From: Octopus vulgaris
Taxonomy: Eukaryota
Direction of reading: 5' to 3'
Assembly (NCBI GenBank): GCA_951406725.2
Contig: OX597833.1
Location: 65,720,001 to 65,784,000 of the forward strand
Length of the DNA stretch: 64,000 bases
Shown here: one piece after another, positions 1 through 15,274 of the stretch
Numbering within the stretch: position 1 is the first letter of the stretch
Layout: the number at the start of each line of letters is the position of its first letter
The notes under the pieces: generated by a model
The model's input: the letters and a program-made list of their open reading frames with translations, nothing else
What the model was told of the DNA's origin: nothing
The model's database searches: none
Translations under genes and position numbers: made by a program

Positions 1-179
1 TGTATGTAATTCTGGATGTATGCATAAATTGTGTATATACAGCTGCTTACGATGCACATGCGCATTTGCTTGGAGACGAACGGATTACAACTACACACAA
101 TATATACACACTTGCACTCCCACAAACACACCAGCGCTCTGAAGCACAAATACACACACGTACATCCATACATAAAAAC

Positions 180-181
<2 letters not shown>

Positions 182-262
<81 letters not shown>

Positions 263-420
263 ATGTGTGTATATACGTGTGCGTATATGAATATTTTGTA
301 TAATATATACAAAGTATATATATATACACATAGTATGGAAATGGATATGGATATGTTTATATTAATATATATGTGTGTAAATAAATAAATGAATATTGTG
401 TGTGTGTTTGTTTGTATGTA

Positions 421-500
<80 letters not shown>
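182..500. repeat. (TA)n microsatellite tracts (representative of dozens across the window)
   Basis: Pure and interrupted TA runs at ~182-258 and ~425-500; they produce the YIYIYI ORFs. Confidence 0.95.
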
Positions 501-519
501 TTGTTCAAATCTACAGAAA

Positions 520-630
520 AGAGTAGGAAGGTGAAGGAAAAGCAGGTGTATTAATTTTTGCGCTCAGGAAGAATAGTAAGATCTTTTACGTTTCGAGCCT
601 ATGCTCTTCGGCATAAAGGATTAAGAGGAA
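520..630 (-). mobile_element. Dispersed repeat with degenerate hammerhead-like core (probable Penelope-type terminal repeat)
   Basis: Minus strand reads CCGAAGAGCATAGGCTCGAAACGTAAAAGA...TTCCTGAGCG; related copies at ~34600-34670 (+), ~48350-48465 (+) and ~41620-41720 (-). Confidence 0.5.
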
Positions 631-890
631 AAGAACACAGAGATATAATGTCCTCAGGTCTTCCCTGCATCTACTGGTTGTCTTCCCTGCAGCTATACTT
701 ACGTTCCGTTCAGTTTTGTTAGAACGTGACACTCTGAGTAACAGCTTTTTTTGATATTTCTGCTGCTTTTTAATAAAGCATATTAATCTGCATCTGGTAT
801 TTGAGTACTCTTTTTTCCACCTTGTGTCGCATTCATGTGGTTACTCCGGTATCTATGTGTGTTTGTGTGTGTGTGTGTGCGTATAAATAC

Positions 891-975
<85 letters not shown>

Positions 976-1103
976 GTGTATTCCGTTAAGAACGTATTTG
1001 ACTACAAAATAGACCACGTTCACACTTAGAATTACCAGATACCCTGCCCTATTATGGCATACTACCAATTCTAGGTTTCGGCATTCCTCGTTTGTGAACA
1101 ATA

Positions 1104-1558
1104 AAAAATGAAAAAATAAGTAGGCTCAAAATTAAAAGGGAGTACGATTCGACAACTGTTTAATGATAATTACGCATGTTTTGATACACCATAGATTCAC
1201 ATATATACAGGATTTAAATTTAAATTAAGTAACGGTTTACCTGTATAATAGGACTAAGTTGTATCTTCTCAGGTGATATAAAACCTGTATAATACGACCT
1301 ACTTATATCTCATGAGGATTCAAAGGAACCAGTTGGTTGTGATAGCATCGAAATCAAACATTTACTGACGGAGGCAGCGATTTTATATAACCTAAATAGT
1401 TACAGCTCAGGTCCTATTATACAGGTAAACCATAAATTTAAACTTAAATCCTGTATATATATGGATTTATGTATTGAGACACGTGTAGTGATCATTAAAC
1501 AGCAGTCGAATCGTAATCGTTCTCCCTCTTACTTTTGACTACTTATTCTTTAATTTTT
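1104..1558. repeat. Long imperfect inverted repeat (foldback / MITE-like)
   Basis: Arm ~1104-1285 is the reverse complement of arm ~1380-1558, e.g. ACGATTCGACAACTGTTTAATGAT vs ATCATTAAACAGCAGTCGAATCGT and GGTTTACCTGTATAATAGGAC vs GTCCTATTATACAGGTAAACC. Confidence 0.85.
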
Positions 1559-1593
1559 ATATATACATATATACATATATATGTATATATGTA

Positions 1594-1632
<39 letters not shown>

Positions 1633-1659
1633 GTATATGTATATGTATATATATATACG

Positions 1660-1775
<116 letters not shown>

Positions 1776-2029
1776 CATATATATATGTATATATATATAT
1801 ATATATGTGGAATAGATGACATTTTAGAATTTTAAAACAACTTCCAAATTATAAAAAGTGATAGAATAAAAATATGTTAAGTGTCTGCATTGAGAAATTT
1901 ACAATAATGATATTGTGTTTGATCTTGTGTTTTGTTGGTGTTGTTGCTGTTGCCATTCATATCTTTCATTCATGACTCGTATGTGTATTTTTACTTCAAT
2001 AAAAATTTGAAGTCGTTCAATTTGCCCTC

Positions 2030-2367
2030 ACTTGATCGTAGGACAAGATACTGTGATAGCCTGGGCTTCAGAGACCCACAGCTCTTCAATATCCTCCCGA
2101 AGAACATGAGAGACCTGCATGGGGTGGACGCAGATGTCTTTAAAATAAAACTGGATCTCTTCTTGTCAGGTGTCCCAGATGAACCAACTTCACGGCAGGA
2201 GGTGCAGATGAGGGCAGCTGCATCGAACTCTCTCATGCACCAAATGGCAATTGGTAAAAAGCATTCGTGAAGTAAAATCATGTAGCAACACCAAATGGCG
2301 GTGCCCCAGCATGGCCACAGCTCGTGAGCTGAAACGAGATAAAGATAAAGAAACATAAAGATAAAGA
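2030..2367 (+). mobile_element. 5'-truncated CR1/L2-group LINE, ORF2 C-terminus plus 3' UTR
   Basis: Translation SLGFRDPQLFNILPKNMRDLHGVDADVFKIKLDLFLSGVPDEP resembles the post-RT tail of CR1/L2-type ORF2; stop at 2270; ends in (GATAAA)n tail. Confidence 0.8.
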
Positions 2368-2464
2368 CCTATTGTATAAACCTTTCAGTAACGTACCTGT
2401 AATGAAAAACGATAGATAGATAGACAGATCGTTATCTATTTAAGGATATATATATATATATATA

Positions 2465-2880
2465 GGCGCAGGAGTGGCTGTGTGGTAAGTAGCTTGCTAA
2501 CCAACCACGTGGTTCCGGGTTCAGTCCCACTGCGTGGCATCTTGGGCTAGTGTCTTCTGCTATAGCCTCGGGCCGACCAATGCCTTGTGAGTGGATTTGG
2601 TAGACGGAAACTGAAAGAAGCCTGTCGTATATATGTATGTATATATATATATGTGTGTGTGTGTTTGTGTGTCTGTGTTTGTCCCCCTAGCATTGCTTGA
2701 CAACCGATGCTGGTGTGTTTACGTCCCCGTACTTAACGGTTCGGCAGAAGAGACCGATAGAATAAGTACTGGGCTTACAAAGAATAAGTCCCGGGGTCGA
2801 TTTGCTCGACTAAAAGGCGGTGCTCCAGCATGGCCGCAGTCAAATGACTGAAACAAGTAAAAGAGTAAAAGAGTAAAAGA
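2465..2880 (+). mobile_element. tRNA-derived SINE family A, full length
   Basis: A-box-like TGGCTGTGTGG, B-box-like GGTTCAGTCCC, internal (TA)n(TG)n, LINE-like 3' tail ending (GTAAAAGA)n; near-identical copy at 4577-5020. Confidence 0.92.
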
Positions 2881-2988
2881 TTTTTAAATTTTCTCCTGGT
2901 TTACTGAATTAACTTTTATTTGCGGTTGAAGCTTTGGCTGTTATTTCTAGTGGGTGAATGGCCTATTATGGCCGTTCCTTTATTGTTG

Positions 2989-3040
<52 letters not shown>

Positions 3041-3350
3041 CCGGCACAAACAAGCAAAAGTGATAAGAGCGTAACTATCAAATACAAACTTAACCACAAC
3101 AGTAATACAAAATAAAAAAACAAAACAAACAATAGCGTCACCACTAAGCTGAAAAGAGTTTAAAGCGTTTGACAGCTTCGAGTCTATAACAAATTGTCGG
3201 AGACCAAAGTAACTAATGTGTTTGTTCTTTGGGCGAAATCTTAACAGTTTGAATGGAAACCAAAACACGAAATTGCGACCAAACCGTAGAAAAGAAACTG
3301 ACTTCCGTTGGAGAAATGACTCCCATATATATATACACATATATATATAC

Positions 3351-3427
<77 letters not shown>

Positions 3428-3437
3428 TATACATATA

Positions 3438-3496
<59 letters not shown>

Positions 3497-3817
3497 GTAT
3501 GTATATATAGATGTGTGTATGTGTGATGTTGTTATCTGTCTTATTGTGTACACATTATTTTGGGAGTTTGTAAAGTATTTGTTATGTGTTTTTTTTTTCC
3601 TTTGTGGCTTTTACGGCGTTTTTTTTTTGTTTTTGTTTTTTTTTTTTTTTTTTTTTTGATCTCTTCAGAATTTCCCAAGAAATAACTTTGAAATATTCAG
3701 ATAATTGCCTTATTTGTATATTTATTAACCGATTTTTAAACTTTGGCCTTTTAGAATATATATCATTTCGTAGAATTGCTTTGATGTAGTGCTATCTAGC
3801 GTGCTTATAAATACATA

Positions 3818-3879
<62 letters not shown>

Positions 3880-4156
3880 CACATATATATATATATATAT
3901 ATATACATATACACACATATATATATATATATATACATATACACATATATATATATATGTATATATATATGTATATATATATATATATATATATGCATGT
4001 ATGTATATACTTATACATATAGATAGATAGATAGATACAGATATAGATATATATAAATACATATTTATACATACATATGTATATATGTGTATTTATTTAT
4101 ATGTACATGCATGTATGTATGTATATATGTATATATATACATACATATATATATAC

Positions 4157-4267
<111 letters not shown>

Positions 4268-4576
4268 TGTATATAATTTCTGTGATTCGTTTTCCCGCTC
4301 GCTCGCAGTCTGTGTAATGCAGACAAGCTTTCGAAGTGCAGTCAGTCATATCGACCCTGGTAATCTTTTTTCAGTTTAATACTAATATTATCGATATCTG
4401 TATGTCGCATCGCTAGGTTATCGGACTGGAACATAAAGTTTCACAGCACAAAAAAAAGACACAAACTTTCTGACTAGTGCAAGAATGCGTATATATATAT
4501 ATCATGTATGTATGCATAATATCACTGTGTTTGTAAGTATGTCCACATGTTTTTATGCTTATCGGTATATATATAT

Positions 4577-4736
4577 AGGAGTGGCTGTGTGGTAAGTAGT
4601 TTGCTAACCAACCACGTGGTTCCGGGTTCAGTCCCACTGCGTGGCATCTTGGGCAAGTGTCTTCTGCCATAGCCTCGGGCCGACCAATGACTTGTGAGTG
4701 GATTTGGTAGACGGAAACTGAAAGAAGCATGTCGTA

Positions 4737-4799
<63 letters not shown>

Positions 4800-5020
4800 T
4801 TGTGTGTCTGTGTTTGTCCCCCACCCAGCATTGCTTGACAACCGATGCTGGTGTGTTTACGTCCCCGTTACTTAGCGGTTCGGCAAAAGAGACCGATAGA
4901 ATAAGTACTGGGCTTACAAAGAATAAGTCCCGGGGTCGATTTGCTCGACTAAAGGCGGTGCTCCAGCATGGCCGCAGTCAAATGACTGAAACAAGTAAAA
5001 CAGAGTAAAAGAGAAAGAGA
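4577..5020 (+). mobile_element. SINE family A, full length
   Basis: Near-identical to 2465-2880; flanked by TA runs. Confidence 0.92.
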
Positions 5021-5071
<51 letters not shown>

Positions 5072-5324
5072 TCATTTTCTCTGTTGCTGCATCCGACATT
5101 TCTTTCGTGTTGATCTGATCATGTTTTGCTACTGGATAGCCGAACAGCAAGGAGAGAGTGTTGGGTGATTGTTGAGCAATTAGACCTCACTTTCTAAAGG
5201 TTACATACATCACTACGGCTTTATTATTTGGAAGTTACATGGCGATAAGGAACTACCCATGACAGCAACGTTGAAAAGCTGGAAGCTGTCGCAAGCACAC
5301 ACTCTAGGTGGCTTTTTATTTGTT

Positions 5325-5614
5325 TGTACCTTCTCGAGCCATGCCTGCTCATAGGGCCGGTTTCCCGGTTTCCTTGGCGTATAGGTTCCCCATTTGGACT
5401 GGACGCCGGTCCGTCGCAGGTGAGCTGCAAGATGCAGGAGGAAAGAGTGAGAGAAAGTTGTGGCGAAAGAGTCAGCAGAAGTTCGCTATCACCTTCTGCC
5501 GGACCCGCGTGGAGCTTAGGTGTCTCGCTCATAAACACACACATCGCCCGGTCTGAGATTCGAACCCGCGATCCTTCGACCGCGAGTCCGCTGCTCTAAC
5601 CACTAGGCCATGTG
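5325..5614 (-). mobile_element. tRNA-derived SINE family E
   Basis: Minus strand begins CACATGGCCTAGTGGTTAGAGCAGCGGACTCGCGGTCGAAGGATCGCGGGTTCGAATC (A and B boxes); body recurs on + at ~18420-18605. Confidence 0.85.
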
Positions 5615-6284
5615 ACTCAGGGTGGATAATCGTTACTGAGCAAAGGGATCTGTGCTGATCTCCGGAATATTCCTTAGTGCCTAAGCGACCCTATATAGGA
5701 AAGCATTGTTCACCCCCTTCCTGGTCAGCAGATTGGTCAGCAGCTGATGGGATCCCAGCATTGCGAGAATAATAATATGTGTATGTAGGTGGCAAAAAAC
5801 TGACAGAATCGTTAGCACGAGTTCAAATGACGCTGAGGTCGACTTTGCGTATCTTAATTTTGTGATAAATAATATAATTAACATCTGAGCTCTGGGAACC
5901 ATGTCGTTGGGAAGCAAGCCTCTTATTACACAACCATTCCTTGGCCTGTGTGGATACATACATACATACATATATATATATATGTATATACACTCATACA
6001 TACATAAGTACATACATACATACAGACAGACAGACAGACAGACATATGCATATGTGTGAGTTCGTGTGTGGGCGTGTTAGCTTGTAAATCATTCTAGAGA
6101 TAACAGCTGATGTCAATTTTGTTTGAGGGAAAATCTCTTCATAGGCACGTGTTTCAAATACAAAACATATTGGAAAGAAACGAATATCGTAAGAACGCAC
6201 CAGAAACTCATATGCGTTTCCCCTTTCTTGATACTTATCAATAACACATACCCATTTGTTACATACCGAAAGGAAATTCGTGCG

Positions 6285-6348
<64 letters not shown>

Positions 6349-7084
6349 GAAATATGTTACGAAAAGAAAATATAAAATACACGTAGAAATGTAAGGGTAA
6401 AATATGAAAAATCAACGAAAATGCAGATTGCAAATAGAAAAAGGCTATTTATGACAGGTAACGACAAATATATACATTTAGATTGACTGAGGTAGTAATA
6501 CGAGTCATAAAGGTCATTATTATGAGATGATTATAAGATGATAATAAAGTAAGAGAACAAAACGAACCAATGGTTTACGAGAAGGCTATTCATCGTTTGA
6601 ACAACTCCGGTTAATACACGGTGTCAGGTCTAATAGTTCCTGATAAAAAAAAAATATATATACACTAAAACGTCACTTGCTGGGCTGTAAAAAATTCGGG
6701 TAACGCAATCAAAACATTATTGAATTAACATAGCCTCAGGATTGTATAACGTATATACTTTTAATATGATATACAGATTGCTATTTATTGTGTTTTTTCT
6801 TATAAACCGCTTTTTACTGCTTATATATGTTCTTACTTTTCCTGGTCTACCTTCCACATGAGTCTTACTTGACATATTAAACGTATTTTCTGTACTGACC
6901 AAATTCTTCCCATCAAGATCTGGATTCAAATTGGTTGTCATTGTCAACCAGGGCTCGTTGATCATTATCTTTATCATCCTAATTAATGAATAAATTATGA
7001 CTATTAATTTATATTATTTATAATTATTTCGGTATCATTACCGTTATTTTTATAGTGATCGTTTCTCTTCGTCACCACTAACGA

Positions 7085-7144
7085 CACCATTACCATGGAA
7101 ATAACCACCATCATCATCATTGTCCTCATTAGAATCATCATCAC

Positions 7145-7214
<70 letters not shown>

Positions 7215-7288
7215 GTCATCATCATTATTACTATTAATATAATTATCATTATTATTATTATTGTTATTATTATTATCATCATCATCAT

Positions 7289-7353
<65 letters not shown>

Positions 7354-7822
7354 CCGTCATCATCTTCATCATTATTATCGTTTTTCATCATCATTATCAT
7401 CACCACAACCACCACTACCACAACCTGCACCTGCACCACCACCAGCGGCAACGCTCTATTCATTATCACCATCCCCATCGCCGCCTTCATTACCATCATT
7501 ATTTCGTCTTCGTTATCATCACGACCACAACCATCATCATTACCAGCACCAGCATTATCGTCATCGTCATCACCACCATAAATATCACATGACTACCTTC
7601 GTCATTACCATCATAATTAATATCATCATCTGAGTCATCATCATCAACACCACCATCATTATTGTCATCACCGACAGCACAACCAACACCAAGACAACCG
7701 CCGCCATCTTGAACATCCATCATCGTCGTCATCATCAACATTAGCGTCATCATTGTCATCATCATCATCATCATCATCGTCATCATCATCATCATCATCA
7801 TCATCATCGTCATCATCATCAT

Positions 7823-7853
<31 letters not shown>

Positions 7854-8350
7854 GTCATCATCGACATCATCATCATCATCATCATCATCATCACCATCAC
7901 TACCACCACCACCATCATCATCATCATCGTCATCGTCGTCGTCATCTTCATCATCGTCATCATCATCATCATCATTATCATCATCATCATCATCATCATC
8001 GTCGTCGTCGTCGTCATCTTCATCATCGTCATCTTCATCATCGTCATCATCATCATCATCATCATCACCATCATCATCGTCATCATCATCATCATCATCA
8101 TCATCATCGTCGTCGTCGTCGTCGTTGTCGTCATCATCATCATCATCATCATCACCATCATCATCACTATCATCATCATCATCGTCATCGTCATCATCAT
8201 CACTATCATCATCATCATCGTCATCGTCATCATCATCTTCATCATTATCATCACCATCATCATCATCAGCATCAGCATCAGCATCGTCGTCATCATCATC
8301 ATCATCATCGTCATCATCATCATCATCATCATCATCATCACCACCACCAT
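7085..8350. repeat. Compound (CAT/CGT/CAC/TAT)n trinucleotide array, ~1.25 kb
   Basis: Directly visible; source of the poly-M/I/S/H/D ORFs. Confidence 0.95.
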
Positions 8351-9267
8351 CCCGTGTCTTTATTTTCCATTTCTAATTACAATGTCTATTTAGATATACA
8401 ACTAGATTATTTCTGCCAAATTCTTCGTGACATTTTATTGAGATGTCAAAAGACAATAAATATTTCAACATCGCCATTTTAAAATTACTTTGGTTCTTCC
8501 TCTCCTTTTTCTTCCTCTCCTTTTTCTTTCTCTTTTTTTTACATTTTTGTTCTTTTCTTTATTTCCATTGTTCGTTTGTGTGGTTATTTTTGTTAGTTTC
8601 TTTTGTTGTTGTTTTGTTTTCTTCGTCACTTTCGTTCCTTAGTCTTTGTTCCTGATTCTTACTTATTATCTTCTAATTACCTTTATACCCAAAAATGTTT
8701 CATCTCCACCACCTCCACCACCGCAATCACACACAATCGCACGAAACCACATACACAACTATACATACGCACCCACTGACACACAAATATACACACTCAC
8801 ACTCACACAGACGCACATTCTCCAAATTTCTGTAGAAAAAATACTAAATGTCCATAGACATTACGACAATTCAAAGGAACGAATCACAATGATTTTTATA
8901 TCTACGTTTATTGTTTCTTCTTTGAGTTCAATAAAAGACAATGGAAGCCATTATGAATGGAAAATAAACCTTCTTTTCTTTATGACCCGAATTGTTCGAA
9001 ATATTATCGAAATGTTCCTGAAAGTATCGCACTAAGTTCTGTCGAAGACGGAAGAATACCTTTGATACTTCTAGTCTACCACACCCGTAAAAAGACGGCG
9101 CGGTAACGACCGTAATGCATCAAATCAGAGGTTCTGAACTGGGGTTGGTATGACCCTTTATAGGGGTTCTTATAAGATTTTGCTATTATAATTTATGCGC
9201 AATAAATTGGTTGTACTTCTACAACAAAATTTCTTTGGTAACTTTTTTTTATACAATTGTAGACGAC

Positions 9268-9360
9268 GCAGGAGTGGCTGTGTGGTAAGAAGCTTGCTTG
9301 CCGACCGCATGGTTCAGGGTTCAGTCCCACTGCCTCGCACCTTCGGCGAGTGTCACTTGC
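9268..9360 (+). mobile_element. SINE family A, head fragment
   Basis: GCAGGAGTGGCTGTGTGGTAAG...GGTTCAGTCCCACTGC matches the family A head. Confidence 0.75.
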
Positions 9361-9471
9361 CCAGTTGATTCCTACTAAATATAGCAACACCGAAGATGCA
9401 CATGGAATGAGTGTTACTTTATTTCTTTAGCAAACACACATCTACTTTCATAATTAGCCGCCTAGTGCCAA

Positions 9472-9542
<71 letters not shown>

Positions 9543-9545
<3 letters not shown>

Positions 9546-9691
9546 AGTGGCTGTGTAGTAAGTAGCTTGCTAACCAACCACATGGCTCCGGTTTCGGTCC
9601 TACTGCGTGACACATTAGACAAGTACCATCTACTATAGCCTCGGGTCGACCAAAGCCTTGTGAGTGGATCTGGCAAACGGAGCCCGTCGTA
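9543..9691 (+). mobile_element. SINE family A, 5' half embedded in (TA)n
   Basis: Matches 2469-2628 and stops at the position of the internal microsatellite. Confidence 0.85.
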
Positions 9692-9695
9692 TAAA

Positions 9696-9758
<63 letters not shown>

Positions 9759-11655
9759 CATACATACATACACGCACACGACCACAAACACATAATACGT
9801 ACATACGGAGTTGTCTGATATTACTACAATTGTTTCGTTAAAAGTCTTTATCGGGATACAAGTATAGTAGTCAGTTATGGAGACATCCAGAAGATTACGT
9901 AATATGTTACGTATTTCCCAAATCATCAGGCTAACCAAATGGATCGCCTGTCATCAGAGCTCTCTCTCATCCCCCTCTCCCCTCTCTCTTATGCACTCGC
10001 TATATATATGTGTATGTGTATCTATATATATATAGTTGTGTTTGTGTGTGTGTATGTGTGTGTGTGTATACACACACACTTTATATATATCTGTGTATAT
10101 ATATAAATATGCTCACACATGCTTACATGCATATATAATACCTTCACACTATTTTGATATATGTCTCTATATTTATTTACTCGCTGCGTATCTTTACATC
10201 AATCATTTTTTCTATTCAGATAGCAACATACCTTTATCTATAAATGCATCCAGCTTTCTTCCCCTCTATCTTTATCTATATCTAACAATATCCATATTTA
10301 CCTATTTAACCATAAATATCAAGGACCCGCATTTATTGTTCTCTAGCACCAATATTTATGAAGAGAAAGCCTTGCCCCAAATACTCACCGATTCCACCCC
10401 GATTCACACCCACCTTCATCCCAATATACCAAAGCATTAAATAAGCAGAACTATGTACCACGTTAACAATTAATCTATTGAATTTCTATCAATGTTGAAA
10501 TATATTATGCAACAAATCACAGAATTTATATATATTTTCAACTAACATTTCTTGAAATTTTTCTCCAATTTTATTTTTTGAATTGAATTTTGTTTTTTAT
10601 TCATCCACAGAATTCTATTATTAAATCAAACCGCGATAATTAATAAAAAGAAAATAAATAAACACAAATAAACAAATTTTAAAAATAATAAACGAAATAT
10701 TTTTTAAAATAATAAACGAAAAATTTTAAGAAAAATCACGTCAAAAAATAATCAACAAAAATTAACAAAAGATTACTTTTTAATAAAATATTTTGATGTC
10801 TTTTCATGTAAAAATCCTGACGGGAATATTAAATTGGATTTCAAAAGCGAAAAAAGAAGTTTTAATTTTTTACGTGTTTTACAGTTACTCTTTATTAATA
10901 TCTGGAAGCAGAAATTTCCTGATAGAAGATTCAGAGATTATCTCTTCATCTCAATCCCATTAAATCTATCGGATCATTTGAGTTTAAGATTTAAGAAAAT
11001 TACAAGTTGACTGTAAATGTGCGCATATCGTTATGTGTGTGATTACGTTTGCGAATATACGTGTAGGTGCAGGATGGTATACGTTTAAGTGTATATATTT
11101 ATGTGTATATCCGTGTGGATTGGTTTTATGCTTGTAAACAAACAGCATGTGTTAGTAAAGTATGAATGGCTATACAGAATAAATGCAGAGAAACACACTC
11201 ACATATAATATGTATATACATATATATATATTTACATACATATCTATATATATATATGTGTGTGTGTATGTATGTATATACATACATACATACGTACATA
11301 CATATACACGTAAATATGTACAGTAATTCAATTAGACATACATGTATGTATGTATATATAAATATAGGTGTAGGTTTGTATACACATATCTATCTTAAAC
11401 ACACACACGCACGCACACGCACAGACATATATATATATATAAATTATTGGGTGTTTAAGTATATATAATTTTATATTGACATGTATACATATGAAATACT
11501 TATACATATATTGTCATAAATACGTACACGTATGTACATATATAAGCATACACACACACACATATATATATATGTATATATAGAGATATATATATAATTG
11601 TCTGTGTGTTATTTGTAAATAATATATATATATACTTGTATATACGTACACGTAT

Positions 11656-11728
<73 letters not shown>

Positions 11729-12340
11729 CACAGATATATATGTATATATATGTTATATTTATAAATAATATATATATAGATACTTACATATATATGCATA
11801 TATATGCATATATATACATATATATATATACATATAATACATATATATATATATATATATACATATAGATATAGATATAGATATAGATATATATATATAT
11901 GCACTAATGTATGCGGGCGTATGTATAGGATATGAAGGGAAGTTATATTCTTATTTTCATAATCAATATTATTTAATCTGCAATAAAATATAATTTAACC
12001 GATCAGTTCATTTACATTTAGGCCATTATTATTATAAATTTTTCCATAAAATTTATAAATTAATTTTTAAGCAAAAACAAACGTAAAAATTTCGAACAAG
12101 AAGAGAGAAAATAATTTTTGAAAAATTATATAAACATAACAAATACATATTATGAATAAAACAGAATGATTAATTTTAAATATTGGTGCAACTTAAGTAA
12201 GATTATGGTAGAATTAAAAGTCGGTTTTCATATTTGCTGCAGAGAAGAAAGCGATGCGTGTGTATATATATATATAAGTGTATGAGTGTGCGTGACGATT
12301 ATGGTACATATATATGTACTTGTGCCTGTATATTAATATG

Positions 12341-12381
<41 letters not shown>

Positions 12382-12423
12382 ATATGCATAAATATGTTTA
12401 TATATTATGTATACATATGTAAG

Positions 12424-12474
<51 letters not shown>

Positions 12475-12487
12475 GTGTATAAATATC

Positions 12488-12537
<50 letters not shown>

Positions 12538-12601
12538 CATATGTATACATATATATATATATATACATACATATGTATACATAACATATAAACATATTTA
12601 T

Positions 12602-12640
<39 letters not shown>

Positions 12641-12662
12641 CGTATATATATATACATATACG

Positions 12663-12697
<35 letters not shown>

Positions 12698-12846
12698 ATA
12701 TATATACGTATGTGTGTATATATTTATACGCATGTATGCATATATGTATATATCCATATATGCGTATATATATATGCACATATATATGTATGTGTATATA
12801 TATATACATATATATATATGCATATATTTATAAATGTATGTATGTA

Positions 12847-12885
<39 letters not shown>

Positions 12886-13410
12886 ATATATGTACGTATG
12901 TGTATGTGTGTGTATGTTTCATGCACGTATGTATGCATGTATGTATGCATGTATGTATGTATATATGTATGTATGTGTACGGGGTGCTGTATTAATCACG
13001 TCTTTGAATGTTCAACAAGTATTATATAGCTTCCTTTGAAAATTTCGTTTCATAAAGAAATAAGAAATAAAATCAAAGAAAATAAAATACAAAGGAATCC
13101 GAACAGAAAAAAAATATCAAGCACAGAAATAAACCAAAAATATAAAATAAAATAAAATAAAATAAAACAAGAAACGGGGGGAAAAATTATTTATTTAATA
13201 AAAGTTTCCGTTGTATTATAATCCTTGAAATATGGCTGACGTTGACGCCGCCATTGATATGTTAACGGCGACCGACCGCCATACCGTGCAGTTGGCTTGC
13301 CTTTGACCGGTTTTCTAACTTGTTACACTTTCTTAAAATGTCGTTTGTTTGTTGGTCTGTTTGTTTGTTTTCGTTGAAATACTCCTCGGGGTCGATGTTT
13401 GAAAAGAAGC

Positions 13411-14001
<591 letters not shown>

Positions 14002-14064
14002 ACATATCTACCCTTTAAATATACTCTCAACACACACCAATTAATGAGGAAAAGGGTGCGTGGT

Positions 14065-14300
14065 TCACCTTTTTTCGTTTACTTGATTCAGTCATTTGAA
14101 TGCGGCCATATTGGGGCACCACATCGAATGATATGAGTCGCACGATTCAAACCCAATGCATATATTATTCATTAAGCCTGGTACTTATTCTGTGGGCCTT
14201 TTTTGCCGAACTGCTAATTTATGGTGCTCCAAGCACACCAACTGCGGCTTCAACCGGTGGTCGGAGACAAATACAGACACAAGACATACACACACACATA
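14065..14300 (-). mobile_element. SINE family A, diverged 3' half
   Basis: TTACTTGATTCAGTCATTTGAATGCGGCCAT...TTTTGCCGAACTGCTAA is the reverse complement of the family A tail. Confidence 0.75.
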
Positions 14301-14939
14301 CATTCCCGGATACATCGTTATTCGAAACAGGTGTTACTGCCTTTAGGACGAATCGGGAGGTCAGCTGAAACCAGTGTGAAACTTTCGTTGACTATATTCT
14401 TTCGCCTCAGTTATGCAATTGTCCTCTGTCTGAGCATTCTAGCGGCAGAGACGGTTTGGTGCAGTTTGACCTTGTCCCTGCGGTTTTCTCAAAAGAGTAC
14501 GAAATTGAAGTCGAATTGTTGTACTTCTTATCGTATTATTGTTCTCACAGTTAATGTGAAAGTGGCCATATTGAATGTACTGGTGCTGGAATAAATACTT
14601 CTTTTCTGGCCTATGTAGGCTGCCATATTTTAACTAACACTGTTACATTATTGCTAATCGTGGTTGCACGGTGGACGTGCTTGTACTGTTGTTGTAAGTG
14701 GTGGTGGTGGTGGTGTTGGTGGTGGTGGTGGTAGTGGTGGTGGTTAGTGGTGGCGGCGGTGATGCTGCTAGTCCATTCGCTGTTCTTGCTTCCACCAAAT
14801 AAACTTCCACAGTTGAGCATCTGATATCTTTCGTTCTTGAACTTTGAACCAGATGCAGCCGTGGTGGCTGTGTGGTAAGAAGTCTGCTTCCCACTCACGT
14901 GGTTCCGGGTTCACTTTGCCAAATCAACCAGATGCTTCC

Positions 14940-14940
<1 letters not shown>

Positions 14941-15017
<77 letters not shown>

Positions 15018-15057
15018 CAGCAGCAGTAGTAGTAGTAGTAGTAGTAGTAGCAGTAGC

Positions 15058-15089
<32 letters not shown>

Positions 15090-15120
15090 CAGCAGTAGTA
15101 GTAGTAGTAGTAGCAGCAGC

Positions 15121-15152
<32 letters not shown>

Positions 15153-15156
15153 CAGT
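14941..15156. repeat. (AGT/AGC)n microsatellite
   Basis: Directly visible; source of the poly-S and poly-Y ORFs. Confidence 0.95.
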
Positions 15157-15274
15157 AATGTAATTTTAGTGGTAACAATATCAACAGGAGAAATAATAAT
15201 AATCCTTCTACTACCGTTACACGACCTGAATTCTTCAGGGATAGGGGTGCAGGGTGTAACTCGATTACATCAAC

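Noticed and set aside
6717-6977. 86-aa ORF with an EGRPGK motif, possibly an RTE relic
   Set aside because: Similarity too weak to support by eye.
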